Translations under genes and position numbers: made by a program
Origin: Dictyostelium discoideum
Lineage: Eukaryota
Direction: 5' to 3'
NCBI GenBank assembly: GCA_000004695.1
Contig: CM000150.2
Location: forward strand, 1,056,001-1,120,000
Length of the DNA: 64,000 nt
Part shown: positions 39,713 through 52,929 of the stretch, in pieces
How the letters are laid out: each line of letters starts with the position of its first letter
How positions within the stretch are numbered: the first letter of the stretch is position 1
Notes under the pieces: model-generated
Told to the model about the DNA's origin: nothing
Databases searched by the model: none
The model's input: only the letters and a program-made list of their open reading frames with translations

Positions 39713-40937
39713 TCAGTCTGAATAATTGCTTCCAGAATCATTAAAATTAAAGTTGAAATTTAATTCATTTTCTAAATTAATTTTATCATCCTCTTCATCA
39801 ATATCACTTGAATCATCATTTTGTTTATTTCTATTTGATGATGGTAAAGAAGTTGAAGTTGTAGTTGTAGTTGTTGTAGTTGTGGTTGTTGTGACAGTAT
39901 TATTATTATTGATATTATTTTGGTCATTATCTAGTTCATCAAAAAAATGTTGATTTGAATGATTATACATACAATGTAAACCAAATTTACAATAACCTTG
40001 ATTTTCAAAATATTTACAAGGAATCTTTGATAATTTCATTTTGTACATATTAATCATTTGTTCTTTATCATCACCAACAACATAGATATCAGATGGAATG
40101 ATGAAATAGGAGACAGTTCTACAAGTTGGACATTTTCTAACATGTTGAATTTGTTCATGATTTCTAAATTGTTGATTATTATAACCACTACCACCACTAT
40201 TGAGAATTCCAATTGAATTGAAAATATCAATACTATCATTATTAGGATTAGTTGAAAAGAAAATAGTACTACCACCATTACTTAAAATATTATTAATACT
40301 ATTACTAATATTATTGATGGTGCTGTTGTTATTACTAGTACTATTATTGGCACTATATCTCCAACTTCTAATACAATTTAAACAAAATTTATGTTGACAA
40401 TGACTTAATAAACCAAACTTTTTACCACTATCTACGATTGATTCAAAACAAATTTCACATTCGTATTGTCTCATTGACTCATTTTGACGTAATAATTGAT
40501 TCTCTTGATTCAATAAACATTCAATATAGTGAGTTTGATTTTGTTCAATATTATCTGGTATTAACATGGCTTTATTACAAATGTCACATAGATTACCATG
40601 AATGTATCTACAATCATCACCATTCCTACAATATCCTTTTCTTGAAAAAAAAAAACAAATGTTTTGTTCCTTGCTTATATTGTTATTGTTATTTTTATTA
40701 TTAATTTGTTGATGTTGATTATTGCATTGATTACTACTATGTTCATCTATTTTTGGAAAAATTATTAATCGTCAATAAAAATAAAAAATAGAAATTGGGT
40801 CCAAAAAAAAAAAAAATAAAAAAAAAAAAATAAAAAAATAAAAAAAAAAAAATAAAAAAAAAAAAATAAAAACCAAAAAAATAATTACCGGGTACCGCCT
40901 TGAGAATTGATCCATAAAATTTAATACCTGAAGACAT
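39713..40937 (-). CDS. Makorin-like E3 ligase with a CCCH zinc finger, a C3HC4 RING and a second CCCH finger. Gene model: complement(join(39713..40746,40889..40937)).
   Basis: Exon 1 is ATG at 40937, MSSGIKFYGSILKAVP, ending in phase 1 with the donor GTAATT at 40888. The 142-nt intron has its acceptor AG at 40748-40747. Exon 2 reads (D)EHSSNQCNNQHQQ...NICFFFSRKGYCRNGDDCRYIHGNLCDICNKAMLIPDN... in frame with track ORF 39713..40567; the 180-nt count was checked. The CCCH pattern C-x8-C-x5-C-x3-H occurs twice (CFFFSRKGYCRNGDDCRYIH; CKYFENQGYCKFGLHCMYNH). The RING is CEICFESIV...HCQHKFCLNCIRSWR...CPTCR. Confidence 0.7.
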
Positions 40938-41291
40938 TTCGAAATATTTTTAAAAAAAATAAAAATTTTGAGAAATTAAAAACATAAAAACAAAGATATA
41001 ATGAAATTAAAAAAAAAAAAAAAAAACAATTAAAACTGTTTTAGGTGAAAATAAAAAAAAAAAAAAAGAAATTAATAAAAAAAAAAAAAAGAAAAGAATA
41101 AATATGAAACAATTAAATGAATGAAAATAAAAAAAAAAAATAAAAAAAATACAAATAAAAATAAAAATAAAAATAAAAACAAAAATAAAAAATCTATAAA
41201 AAAAAAATAAAAAAAAAAAAGGTTTAAAAAGAAAAGAAAAAAAAGAAAAGAAAAAAAAGGTTTAAAAAGAAAAGAAAAGAAAGAAAAATAG

Positions 41292-41335
<44 letters not shown>

Positions 41336-41702
41336 AATTTAAAAATAAAAAAAAAGTTTTAAATTTAAAATAAAGAATAAAATAAATGAATTTTAAAATG
41401 AAAAAAATATGTTAATTATGAAAGTAAAAAAAAAAAAAAAAGAATGTTTTTTTTTTTTTTATTTTTTTTTACCACACAATTATTTTATTTTTTTTTTTTT
41501 TAATTTAATAATTTAACACACAATTTTTTAAATTAATTTTTTTTTTTTTGTATTGTTCAAACAATACAAAAAATCAAAATAATTTTTTTTTTTTTTTTTT
41601 TACCAATTAAAGAAACTTTGGATATTTTTATTTTTTTTCAACACCTCCAATTAAATTAATACAAAATCAAATAGCCAGGGCCAGTTTTAAAAAAATAACA
41701 AT

Positions 41703-42015
<313 letters not shown>

Positions 42016-42203
42016 TAAAAAAATAAAAAAAAAAAAATTTTAAGGAATGAAATTAAGAATAAATAGAAAATTTAAAAATACAATAAATAAAAAAATTTAA
42101 TTTTTTTTTTTTTTTTTTTTTTTTTTTTGTTTAAAACTTTGGGTGTTCAGCATTGTAAAGACTCTTGTGTAATACCAATGATAATCAGAGTTTAAGTCTT
42201 TTT

Positions 42204-42235
<32 letters not shown>

Positions 42236-42417
42236 TTTTTTTCTTTTTCTTTATCCATTAAGAATCAATATTTCTAATAAAAAAAAAAAAAAAAAAAAAA
42301 TAAAAACCATTCCATCAAAGGACCCAAATTAATAATCGTTATCGTGATAAAAACAAATTTATTTTTATAAAAAATTAAAAAAAATAAAATTTTTGGGTGA
42401 TTTTTTTTAATTTTTAT

Positions 42418-42468
<51 letters not shown>

Positions 42469-42596
42469 CAACATGCTGCGAGTGAACCCATCACATATAT
42501 TTTTTTTATTTTAACAATATATAATTATTAGAATTCAATAACAATAAAAATAAAAGAAAAACTCTCACATAAAACAAAATCGATTTTTTTTTTTCA

Positions 42597-42629
<33 letters not shown>

Positions 42630-42678
42630 ACTTATAAAATAGATAAAAAAAAAATAAAAAAAAAAAAAATAAAAAGGA

Positions 42679-42784
42679 TTGGATGTATCTAAAAGATACT
42701 CCATTATTTCAAATAGAAAATCTTTTATTGAAGATGGTTTCACAGTTACCGTAAGTAGAATTCTTTTCACCCACCCCTTTTCTG

Positions 42785-42815
<31 letters not shown>

Positions 42816-43464
42816 CTTTTTTTTTTTTTTTTACCTTTTTTTTTATTTATGTTTATTAATAGTTTTTTTTTTTTTTATTTTTTTTTTTTTTTTATATTTT
42901 TTTTAATTTTAAAAAGATAACATTAAAAGGTATAGTTCAAAAAGTATCATTTCAAAGTTCGGTTACAGTTGATCACGTAAAATTTGAAATTTTAAAACAA
43001 TTTTATCCATCTAGTGACCAAAGCTATGAATTTTTTTTAGCGATTAATAAAACAGAGATATTACAAATCGAATTTGTTAGATTTATATTTGCACATGAAG
43101 CAATTCAAAAATCATTATTAATTAAAAAATCAATTGAAGTTTATTTAATACCAAAATCAAAAGAAATCATTGCAAGAAAATGTAAAGCTGATATAATTAA
43201 AAAGCAATTAGGAACTTATGTTGGGGTTAAACAAACTCCTTTACCAACATTAAATAGTAAACCACCACCATCTGTACCTCCAAGAAAAACAAATTCACAA
43301 ACAAATATACAAAAAGTATTAACTAATAATAATAATAATAATAGTAATAATACTACTAGTAATAATGTTAGTGCATCACCATCTAGTGCATCAACAACAT
43401 CAACAGCTGGTGTTACAATATCAAAATCAACATCAACATCATCATTAGTACTAGCATCACCACC

Positions 43465-43505
<41 letters not shown>

Positions 43506-45497
43506 CCAAAACAGCAGCATCACCATCATCTTCATCGATTTCGCAAGATGGTAGTAGTTTAACTTTATCACAAGAGGATGTATCAACTGAAATTTTGAAA
43601 TTACAATTACAACAACAATTAATGTTATTGGAAGATGAGGAATTAACATACCAATCACTATTGGTTTCAACTGAATCAGATGATGAAGGTGATACAAACA
43701 ATCTTTTAAGTATTGGTAGTGGGGGTGAAAAAACAGCTGTTGAATTGGATTCAATATTTTCATTAAGTCCACAATCAGCAACATCACCACCATTATCACC
43801 ACCATCACCAAATCCAACAAGAACTAAACCAGCTGTACCACCACGTTCATTTAATTCACTAGATGAGAATGAAACCTTAACATTTAAAAAAGAACCAATT
43901 CTACCAAAATCATCAAATGAATCATTGTTAGGTTCAGTACCAAATGAACAAAAAAATGATAAATCACCTTTAAAATCAACTGAACCAACAACAATATCAA
44001 CTGTACAACAACCAATTGTTCAACAACAACCAATTGTTCAACAACAACCAATTGTTCAACAACAATTACAACAACAACAACAACAACAACTGCAACAGCA
44101 AGAAGTTATGGAACCACAACATTGGTCAAATTATTTATCAATGAAACCATTAAAACAAACCTTAAATGTATGTATTAATTCTAGTTGTTTATTAATTATT
44201 TATATAAATATCATATTAATACTCTTTATATATTTTATTTTAGGAAATACCAATTCAAGTTCAAGTTAAAGATAATTATTTTATAATGGGATGTAATAAA
44301 AATTTTACATCAAGTGAATTTAAATCATATTTAGTATCAAATTTAGAGAGTATGATTCAAGCGATTAAAGTTGGTACATTTGCAACCAATGATATATCAT
44401 CTGAAACCATTGCATTTAAAAAGAATGCTGTAATTTGTGATTTATTCACAGATAGTATTCAACAAAGACCAACATCAATACCGAGTTTAATTGTATTAAA
44501 ACCTGGTATGCAAGATTTATTCAAAGGTAATAGTCGTGCATTTATTGGTTCACCAATTGTAAATAGTAATAATAATGTTAATAATAATATAAATAATAGT
44601 AATAGTAATAGTAATAATAATAATATAAATAATAGTTTAGATGGTTTTAAATTATCAACATCACTACAAACACCATCAGTAAATTTAAGTTTATTACATA
44701 ATAATATTCAAAATTTAATATCAAATAATGGTAATAGTGGTCCTAGTAGTATTAATAGTAGTTGTAGTAGTAGTAGTAGTAACAATGGTAATACGACAAA
44801 TTATAGTAGTAGTATTGGTAATGAATATAAACAACCAATATCAGGATCATTGATATTTAATAATAATAAAACATTGGGTAGAAATGCAAACTTTTCATTA
44901 GGAGAACAAAGAGATAATAATGCAAAATTAAGACAACAGAAAAAGAAATTAACTGCCATTCAAATTAGTTCATTATTAGGTGAACCATTGAATTGGAGTA
45001 ATACAGAGAATGAAATTAAATACTTTAGAAATTTAGCAGAACAAATCTTTGATTTTCAAACATTGGATGAAAGAGATCGTGTTAAAATTACAATTGCACC
45101 TGTAACCAATGCTCATCCAGATCCATTATTACCAAGTACTTTTAGAGTTAGGTTTTATTTACCACCAGATAATCATTCAACTACAATCAATGTAATGTCT
45201 TCTGATACAGTTACAAATTTAATTGAAAAGGTTATAGCCAAACATAATAACAGTACAAAATTAATTTCATCTGATCATACACCTTCTGATTATGTAATTC
45301 GTATCACTGGTACATCTGATCATGTTTTAAAAACTGATGAATTGGTTACAAATTTAATTGTAGTTAGAAATCGTTTACAACGTAAAAAAGATATTAAATT
45401 TAGCTTGGTACATAAAACTTCATTACCAAAAATTTATATTGATGGTCATTCACCTGAAATTTGTACATTAAAAAACAATAATAATAATAATAATATA

Positions 45498-45537
<40 letters not shown>

Positions 45538-48015
45538 TAAATAATAATAATAGTGAAAATGGTAATATTCAACAACCATATGGTAGTCCAATTAATATTT
45601 TACAATTCCCAATTTCACCAAGATCAGAAAACAATGTAAATAGTAATAATAATAATAATTATAATAATTATAATAATAATAATAATTCAAATAAAGGTAA
45701 TAATTCAAATAGATCAATTTTATTATATGAAATTAATAGACCATTTGAAATTAGAATAATTTGTTTAGAGAATTTAGTTTTACCATTATTCCAAAAATAT
45801 TTGGGAAGCGAATGTAATAATTTTAATGATGTAAAATTAACAATTATGGTAGAATTGTGTCATGGTGAAGATGTTTTAACAGAGCCAATGGAGACAGTGA
45901 TAAAGTTAGGATCAAATCCATTATGGTGTGAATGGTTAAGAAGTGCATTATTGATGAGTAATATACCAAGAGCATCAAAGTTATGTTTTACAGCTTATGC
46001 TCAACAAGGTGATAAACAACAAGCCAAAGTATCCATTGGATGGGCAGATTTACAATTGATCGATTATCATAGTCAACTTTTGAGTGGAGTGATCTCATTA
46101 ATCCTATGGCCTGGAGCACGTACAGATATACCCGATTTTAATGTTCCCTCACCATCATTGGTCATTGAATTCTGTCAATTCCCATTCCCAGTGGTATTCC
46201 CAAAACCAGAGATGATGGAACGTACAGAAATTAGAGATTACGTAGAGTCTCGTAAAGAAGATACAGAAAGATTGGAAGAATTGATTCGCAAAGATAGTTT
46301 ATACGTTTTGACAGAGACTGATAAGAAATTCATTTGGTTATATAGAATGCATTTACAAAAGATACCCTCTTCTTTACCAAAGGTATTACAATCATTAAAT
46401 TGGAATAATCCACAAGAAGTAAAGGAAGCTCATCGTTTACTTTCAATTTGGTCAACTCTATCACCATTGGAAGCATTGGAATTATTGGATAGTAAATTCG
46501 CAGATGAATTGGTTAGAGAGTATGCTGTAAATTGTTTACATTCATTGGCCGATAGTGAATTGGCTCTTTATCTATTACAATTGGTTCAATCATTAAAACA
46601 TGAACCCTATCATAATAGTGCACTATGTAGATTCTTAATTCGTCGTGCTTTAAATAATCGTGCTGTCATTGGACATCCATTCTTTTGGCATCTTGAAGCT
46701 GAAATGCATAATCCAAAGATCTCTGAACGTTATTCATTGGTTTTGGAAACTTTTTTAAAAGGTTGTGGTAATCAACGTCATGAATTTGTAAAACAAATGG
46801 AAGTGGTCACAAAATTACAAACAATTGCAAAACTCGTCAAAGAAGCATCACCAAATAAAAGAAAGAACCTTTTACATGAAGAGTTAAATAAAATGAGTTG
46901 GCCAAATACTTTTCATTTACCAATTTCACCATCAACTGAAACCTGTGGTGTCATAGTTAGTGAATGTCGTTGGTTGGATTCTTTCACTGTACCTTTGTAT
47001 TTGGTTTTCCAAAATGTTGACCCCGTTGGTGAACCAATAGCAGTAATCTTTAAGAATGGTGATGATTTACGTCAAGATATTCTTACACTTCAAATGATCT
47101 CTGTTATGGATAATATTTGGAAACAAAATGGTCTCGATCTTCATCTTTCAATCTATAACGTTACCGCTATCAATGAAGATACTGGTTTCATTGAAGTTGT
47201 TCCAGATTCTGATACAACTGCAAATATTCAAAAAGCTGCTGGTGGTGTCACTGCTGCTTTCACTAAAACTCCACTTTCAAATTGGTTAAGAGAAAGAAAT
47301 CAATCTGACCCCGACTATGAATATGCAGTTGGTAATTTCACTCACTCTTTAGCTGGTTATTGTGTTGCAACTTTTATTTTAGGTATATCTGATAGACATA
47401 ATGATAATATTATGGTTTCAAAATCTGGTCATTTATTCCGTACGTATCTTTTTTTTTAAAAATATACTAACAAAAATAATTTCAATACATTTATTAATAT
47501 TCTTGTTCTTTTTTTTTTTTTTCTTCATTCTATAATAGATATTGATTTTGCACATTTCCTTGGAAATATTATGAAATTCCATGGTTACAAGAGAGAAAAA
47601 GCACCATTTGTATTAACACCAGAATTTGCTCATGTAATGGGTGGAGAAAAGAGTTTATCATTTAAATTCTTCTCTGATTTATGTTGTTTATCTTATAAAT
47701 TTTTAAGAAATCATAGAAATCTATTTATTAATCTTTTTAGTTTGGTAAGTTTTTTTTTTTTTTTTATTTATCTTTTTTAAAATTACTAATATTTTATTTT
47801 AAAAAAATAAACAGATGATTTCAACAGGTATACCAGAGTTATCAACAAAAGCAGATATTTCATATTTGAAAGAAGCCTTTTTATTAGATGTGTCAGATGA
47901 AGAAGCTGGTGCATCTTTTGAAAGATTAATTCAAAAGAGTTTAAAAACAAAAACTACTCAAGTTATGTTTGCAATGCATATTTTAGCTCATTCAGGAACA
48001 AGTTCTGATGATTAA
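42679..48015 (+). CDS. Class I phosphatidylinositol 3-kinase catalytic subunit (Dictyostelium pik family), about 1640 aa. Gene model: join(~42679..42750,42917..44167,44244..47439,47539..47744,47815..48015). The start codon is unresolved.
   Basis: The catalytic motifs are DLRQDILTLQMISVMDNIWKQ, GISDRHNDNIMVSKSGHLF|H|IDFAHFLGN and KREKAPFVLTPEFAHVMGG. A Ras-binding/ubiquitin-like N-terminus spans exons 1-2 (DGFTVT|ITLKGIVQKVSFQSSVTVDHVKFEILKQFYP). The splice sites, with phases checked, are: donor GTAAGT at 42751 and AG at 42915-42916; donor GTATGT at 44168 and AG at 44242-44243; donor GTACGT at 47440 (phase 1, C+AT=His) and AG at 47537-47538; donor GTAAGT at 47745 and AG at 47813-47814. Exon 5 ends ...HILAHSGTSSDD with a stop at 48013-48015. 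Track ORFs 43595.., 44286.., 47571.. and 47815.. are all pieces of this gene. Confidence 0.85.
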
Positions 48016-48054
48016 CAAAAATTGTAGATTATTTAAAAAAAAAAAAAAATAGAA

Positions 48055-48085
<31 letters not shown>

Positions 48086-48197
48086 GAAAAGAAAAATAAT
48101 TTAAATAAAACCGAACTTAGTTATATATATATAATTACTATTATATATTCAAAATTTAAAATAGAAATAATCTAGTTTTATTTTCATTTTGTTTTAT

Positions 48198-50228
48198 TTA
48201 TTTATTTTTTTTTAAATTTATTTTGTTGGATAAGTGTTTGTTAAGTTTTTTATCAATTCTTGGTTTATTTTGATTGTAAACCATGGGAGTAAGTAATTTA
48301 ATAATAATATCCCTAATGGAATTTAATTTTAAGATTTGTGGTTTTGATTCTAATAATAAACTTTTATAAAGATCATAATAATCATATACTAAATAAGTGG
48401 AATAATTTGATTCTTCAATGGATTTGGTTAAACCACATTCCACTGATCCCCTAACTAAATTAATTAATTCTTCAAATAGCATTGAATTTGATTTCTTTGG
48501 ATTTGCAATATATTTTGCAAGTGGTGTAACCTCAAATTCCCGAGGGGTCAATTTCTTTACAAAATCACGATTCTCTAACATTTCTTTGAAAATGTTTATT
48601 TTTCTAAAGTTTCTTAAATCTTTACATTTTGAATAATTCTCAGCAATTGTTGGGTATAATTGATCATTATCAATATCATAAACTAATGAGCTTTTTGTAT
48701 GACCTTTTGGACAGATATAATTAAATCCTGTTTCTTTTAATGATTTTGGTTCTTTATATACTAAATTTGAATTTCCAATTGTACTTGGTATAATCTCATT
48801 ACATTTGTCACATACTTCTTCAGTTAATGAAGATTGGAAACTACATTGATCACAAGTACAAAAGAAGTTATGTCCATTCAATAAGTCTTTTCTTCTCTTC
48901 TCAACTCTATTTAAAAAATAGATATATGAAATTGTTATTGCTTCAGATTCTTGTATATCAGATGAAGCATAAAGTACCATAACACCATGTTTATCTATGA
49001 AATAATCTGAATTTGGTATACAACTATGATTTGTATAACATGAGAATGGATATAAACCACTAGCTTTTTTCTTTTGGCTTATTACATCTGAGTAACCATG
49101 AGAATTGCAATCAACTATTCTAATAATATTTGAAATTTCATCTTTTTTTAAAGTATTGGCACCATAAAAACTTTTAAATATTAATTCTAAAATATCAGTT
49201 TTCATTTTAGTTGAATCTGAATAAGCTCTTTGTGATTCATTTGTATGGTTGAGTAATTTTTTTGATAAGTTTAATACATCTATTACTGATGAAGATATTG
49301 CATTGTCTACTTCTACCACCGCTTTATTATTTGTTTTATTTTTAAATATATTGTATATTGTATTAATATAGAGTCTACGTTCATCGGTTAATCCTCTTTC
49401 TTTATTATCTTCATTAGCAATTTCAAAATTGTTCATTTTATAATATTCATTATTAAGTTTATATAATACACATAAATCGTTTGGATGGTATTTAGAAAGT
49501 GGTTCATTTGGAGCTTTACATTCTTTACAAATGGCAAAGTCATCACAATCTTTACATTTTAATAAATTATCAATAGATTTCTTTTGATAACAAACACCAC
49601 AAAACTTTGATACATATTTTCCATTAAGTGAAAATGAAAATGGAGCAATTCTAAGTATTTCTTCACCTCTTTTGATTAATCTTTTTGAAATTAAATATCT
49701 ACCTTTTTCAATTGAATTTTCATAGGCAACATTTTCAAGTTTTTGATTCTTCAATACATTTTCAAAATAGACATCTTCTTTAACTTTATTATTTGTTATT
49801 TCAATTAATCTATTTCTTTGTTGAACTACTTTTTCATCTTGTTTTGAAATTGAAATTGCTTTATCAATTGACTCCATTGAACCTTTATAATCACATAAAT
49901 AACTTTTACAAATTGATTGATAATAAAATGCTTTTGAATTTTGATTATTAAATTCTATACTTTTATTTGATGCTTCTAAACTTAATATTATTTCATCTCC
50001 TTTCAAGTACATTAGTGATAGATTTGAATATAAAATTGAAATTAATTTATTAATTTGATCATTAATTTCAATTTTATGTTTTTCATCATTAAAATATTTA
50101 ATACCTAATTGAAAATAAGTAATTGCTCTTTTATTTAATTTATCTTTATTTTTTTCTTTATTAAATTCTTTATTTCCTTTATCTTTAAAATCATTGATTT
50201 TTTTAATATGATTTGAGTTTATATCCAT
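48198..50228 (-). CDS. SET- and MYND-domain (SMYD-like) protein with N-terminal TPR-like repeats, 676 aa, single exon.
   Basis: The MYND-type zinc finger is CGVCYQKKSIDNLLKCKDCDDFAICKECKAPNEPLSKYHPNDLC. The SET C-terminal signature is FSCYTNHSCIPNSDYFIDKHGVMVLYASSDIQESEAITISY, followed by a post-SET Cys cluster (FFCTCDQCS). Confidence 0.8.
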   Translation of the reverse strand: MDINSNHIKKINDFKDKGNKEFNKEKNKDKLNKRAITYFQLGIKYFNDEKHKIEINDQINKLISILYSNLSLMYLKGDEIILSLEASNKSIEFNNQNSKAFYYQSICKSYLCDYKGSMESIDKAISISKQDEKVVQQRNRLIEITNNKVKEDVYFENVLKNQKLENVAYENSIEKGRYLISKRLIKRGEEILRIAPFSFSLNGKYVSKFCGVCYQKKSIDNLLKCKDCDDFAICKECKAPNEPLSKYHPNDLCVLYKLNNEYYKMNNFEIANEDNKERGLTDERRLYINTIYNIFKNKTNNKAVVEVDNAISSSVIDVLNLSKKLLNHTNESQRAYSDSTKMKTDILELIFKSFYGANTLKKDEISNIIRIVDCNSHGYSDVISQKKKASGLYPFSCYTNHSCIPNSDYFIDKHGVMVLYASSDIQESEAITISYIYFLNRVEKRRKDLLNGHNFFCTCDQCSFQSSLTEEVCDKCNEIIPSTIGNSNLVYKEPKSLKETGFNYICPKGHTKSSLVYDIDNDQLYPTIAENYSKCKDLRNFRKINIFKEMLENRDFVKKLTPREFEVTPLAKYIANPKKSNSMLFEELINLVRGSVECGLTKSIEESNYSTYLVYDYYDLYKSLLLESKPQILKLNSIRDIIIKLLTPMVYNQNKPRIDKKLNKHLSNKINLKKNK

Positions 50229-50664
50229 TTTTTTTTTTTATTTTATTATTTGTAATATTTTTTTTTTTTTTTATGTTTATATTGATTTAAATTTTTGGTC
50301 AATCAAAAAAAAAAAAAAAAAAAAAAAAAATCAAAATAAAATTAAAAAAAAAATTTTGGTTGAAAAAAATAAATTAAAATAAAATTAAAAAAAAAAATTA
50401 TAAATAAATTAAAATAATTAAAAATACAGAAAATTTCCAAGAATAACCATGGTTTTTGTTTTTAATTTAAAAAAAATAAATTGAAAAAAAAAAAAAAAAA
50501 AATTAAATATACACAACCTAACAAAATTTTTTATTTCCTTTTTAATTTCTTTTAAATGATACTATCATTTAAATTTATTTATTTATTTATTTATTTTTTA
50601 TAATAATTTTTAAATTTATTTTTATTTTTATAATTTTAAATTTATTTATTTATCAATTCGATAA

Positions 50665-50710
<46 letters not shown>

Positions 50711-50719
50711 TTATTAAAT

Positions 50720-51072
50720 TTATAATAGACTTGTAGATTCAGATGAAGTATCAACCAATGGTTTATCATCATGTTGATCACTATTAATATAAAGGTTTTT
50801 TAATTGAAGTGATTTTGAATGTCTTTTAGCCAAACGAGCTCTAACTATTAAAATAATAACGAAAACTATGAATGAAAACAAGGCAACCGATGCAAACACT
50901 ATTAATGCAATTTCCCAAGCTTGTAATTGTAATCCTGGTGTATCATAAGCATTAATCATTAATTTAATCGTATAAGTTCCTAAAGATTCTATATCATTAA
51001 TTAATGATTGTTTTATTGTAATTGATAAATACATTGAATTACTTGAATAATTTATTAAATTTGATGGATTAA

Positions 51073-51111
<39 letters not shown>

Positions 51112-51889
51112 CATTTGAATTTAAAATTTTTAAATATGAATGACCAGGATTTATCTTTGAATTAAAGCTATAAATATCAGCTAAACTAAATAATAATAAT
51201 GAATGAGATTTCTGATCATTAACTAATATAGAATTTCTACTCTCTGAAATTTCCCATTTAATTGAATCCATATTATCATTTAAATTTGTTAATTCAAAAA
51301 TAATTTCAAAACTACCATTATTATTACCATTACTATTATTATTATTAATTAAATTTGTTGAATTTATAGTTGGTGAAATTGTAATTAAAGATGATGTTGA
51401 AGATTCAGGCATATATGAACCATGGTAATTTATAAAACTAAATGAAGAAGAAGAAGATTTTGAAGAGGATCCTCTATCAAAATAATCTACATTATAGTAT
51501 AAACCATTTAACCAACTACTTATATTTGAAGATATAAATGATAAACCAGTGATTGTTGATGTTTCATCAGTTATATATGAATTTGAAATATCAACTTGTT
51601 GAAAATTAGTTGATGATGGTGATTGTGATGATGATTGAGTAGCTAAAATATGTGAAATTTTAATATTAAAAATATCATTGGTTGTTGTAAATTTAAATTG
51701 ATTAAAATCAGTACCAGTTGGTAATGGTAATAAAGATTCATTCTTTACTTTATATGCACAATTGAATGATGCATACTCTTTATTACATCTACAAGTATTA
51801 CCAATATCACATTTACCATGATTTGCACAATCTTTTGGACATGAACTATTTACATAAAGATAATATGGGAAATTGATAGTATTGATTGA

Positions 51890-51970
<81 letters not shown>

Positions 51971-52333
51971 GTTGTTGTTATTGTTGTTATTTGTTATTCC
52001 TAAATATTGAATTGATACATTATAGAATTGATTAAAATTTATTGATGGTGAAGTTGTTGTTGCTAATTGTTGTTGTAATGAACAAGTTAATGATTCTTGA
52101 TTATTGTTGATATTAATATTTTCACATTGTAATGGTTTTATTCCTTCACCAACACTAAATGATATCGCTGTAATATTTCCCCTACAAAATGTACCTGTTA
52201 TTTCGATCGGGCTATCGGGATTATATGGATTAATTTCTGAAACTGTTAAAATTTCTGCTATACATAAATTATCACCTACTACAAATACATTTTGATAATA
52301 TAAAAACAATAATAATGTAATTAAAAATTTCAT
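50720..52333 (-). CDS. Type I membrane protein with an extracellular EGF-like module, paralog A; 537 aa.
   Basis: The signal peptide is MKFLITLLLFLYYQNVFVVG. The EGF-like segment is CPKDCANHGKCDIGNTCRCNKEYASFNC. A single transmembrane segment, IALIVFASVALFSFIVFVIILIV, is followed by a basic stop-transfer RARLAKRH. An internal poly-Asn tract is present. It aligns along its full length with the product of 56700..58253 at roughly 40% identity. Confidence 0.8.
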
Positions 52334-52377
52334 TATTTATTTTTTTTATTTTAACTATAATTTTAAACAAAGGAATG

Positions 52378-52409
<32 letters not shown>

Positions 52410-52773
52410 AGTTGGGGGTAAAAAAAAAAAAATAAAATAAAATAAAATAAAAATAAAAAAAAAAAAATCAAAATCAAAAAAAATAACAAATTATTACCCT
52501 GCACAGTTGTGTCACACTCTTGTGATTCCCCCGAAATGAAATAATAAAAAAATTAAAAAAATTAAAAAAATAAATTTTTTTTTTTTTTTGATTAGATTGT
52601 TATTTTAAAAATAAAATTAATCATTACCAAAAAAAAAAAAAAAAAAAAAAAAAAATGGGGAAGATATTAATAAAATAAAAAAATAAATAATTAATCAATT
52701 GACCCAACAATTTTTTAAATTACATTATTAAATTTTTTTAGACTGATCCAAATGGAATTTGAGTTTTTTTTTG

Positions 52774-52818
<45 letters not shown>

Positions 52819-52929
52819 AAAGAAATAATAAAAAAAAAAATTATTACAACACTATAACAAAAGAACATTTTTTTATTTAATTTTCTTTTGTAAAAATTAC
52901 ATCATTTTTGTCGCTATCACAATCACCTA

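Noticed and set aside
40743-40937. Track ORF 40743..40937 as a stand-alone 64-aa gene.
   Set aside because: Only its first 16 codons are used, as exon 1 of the makorin-like gene. The remainder (GNYFFGFYFFFFIFFF…) is poly-T intron sequence.
43216-43820. Minus-strand ORFs 43216..43701 and 43413..43820 overlapping PI3K exon 2.
   Set aside because: They are antisense readings of the poly-Thr/poly-Gln (ACA/CAA) codon runs. The plus-strand frame is continuous with the PI3K Ras-binding and catalytic domains.
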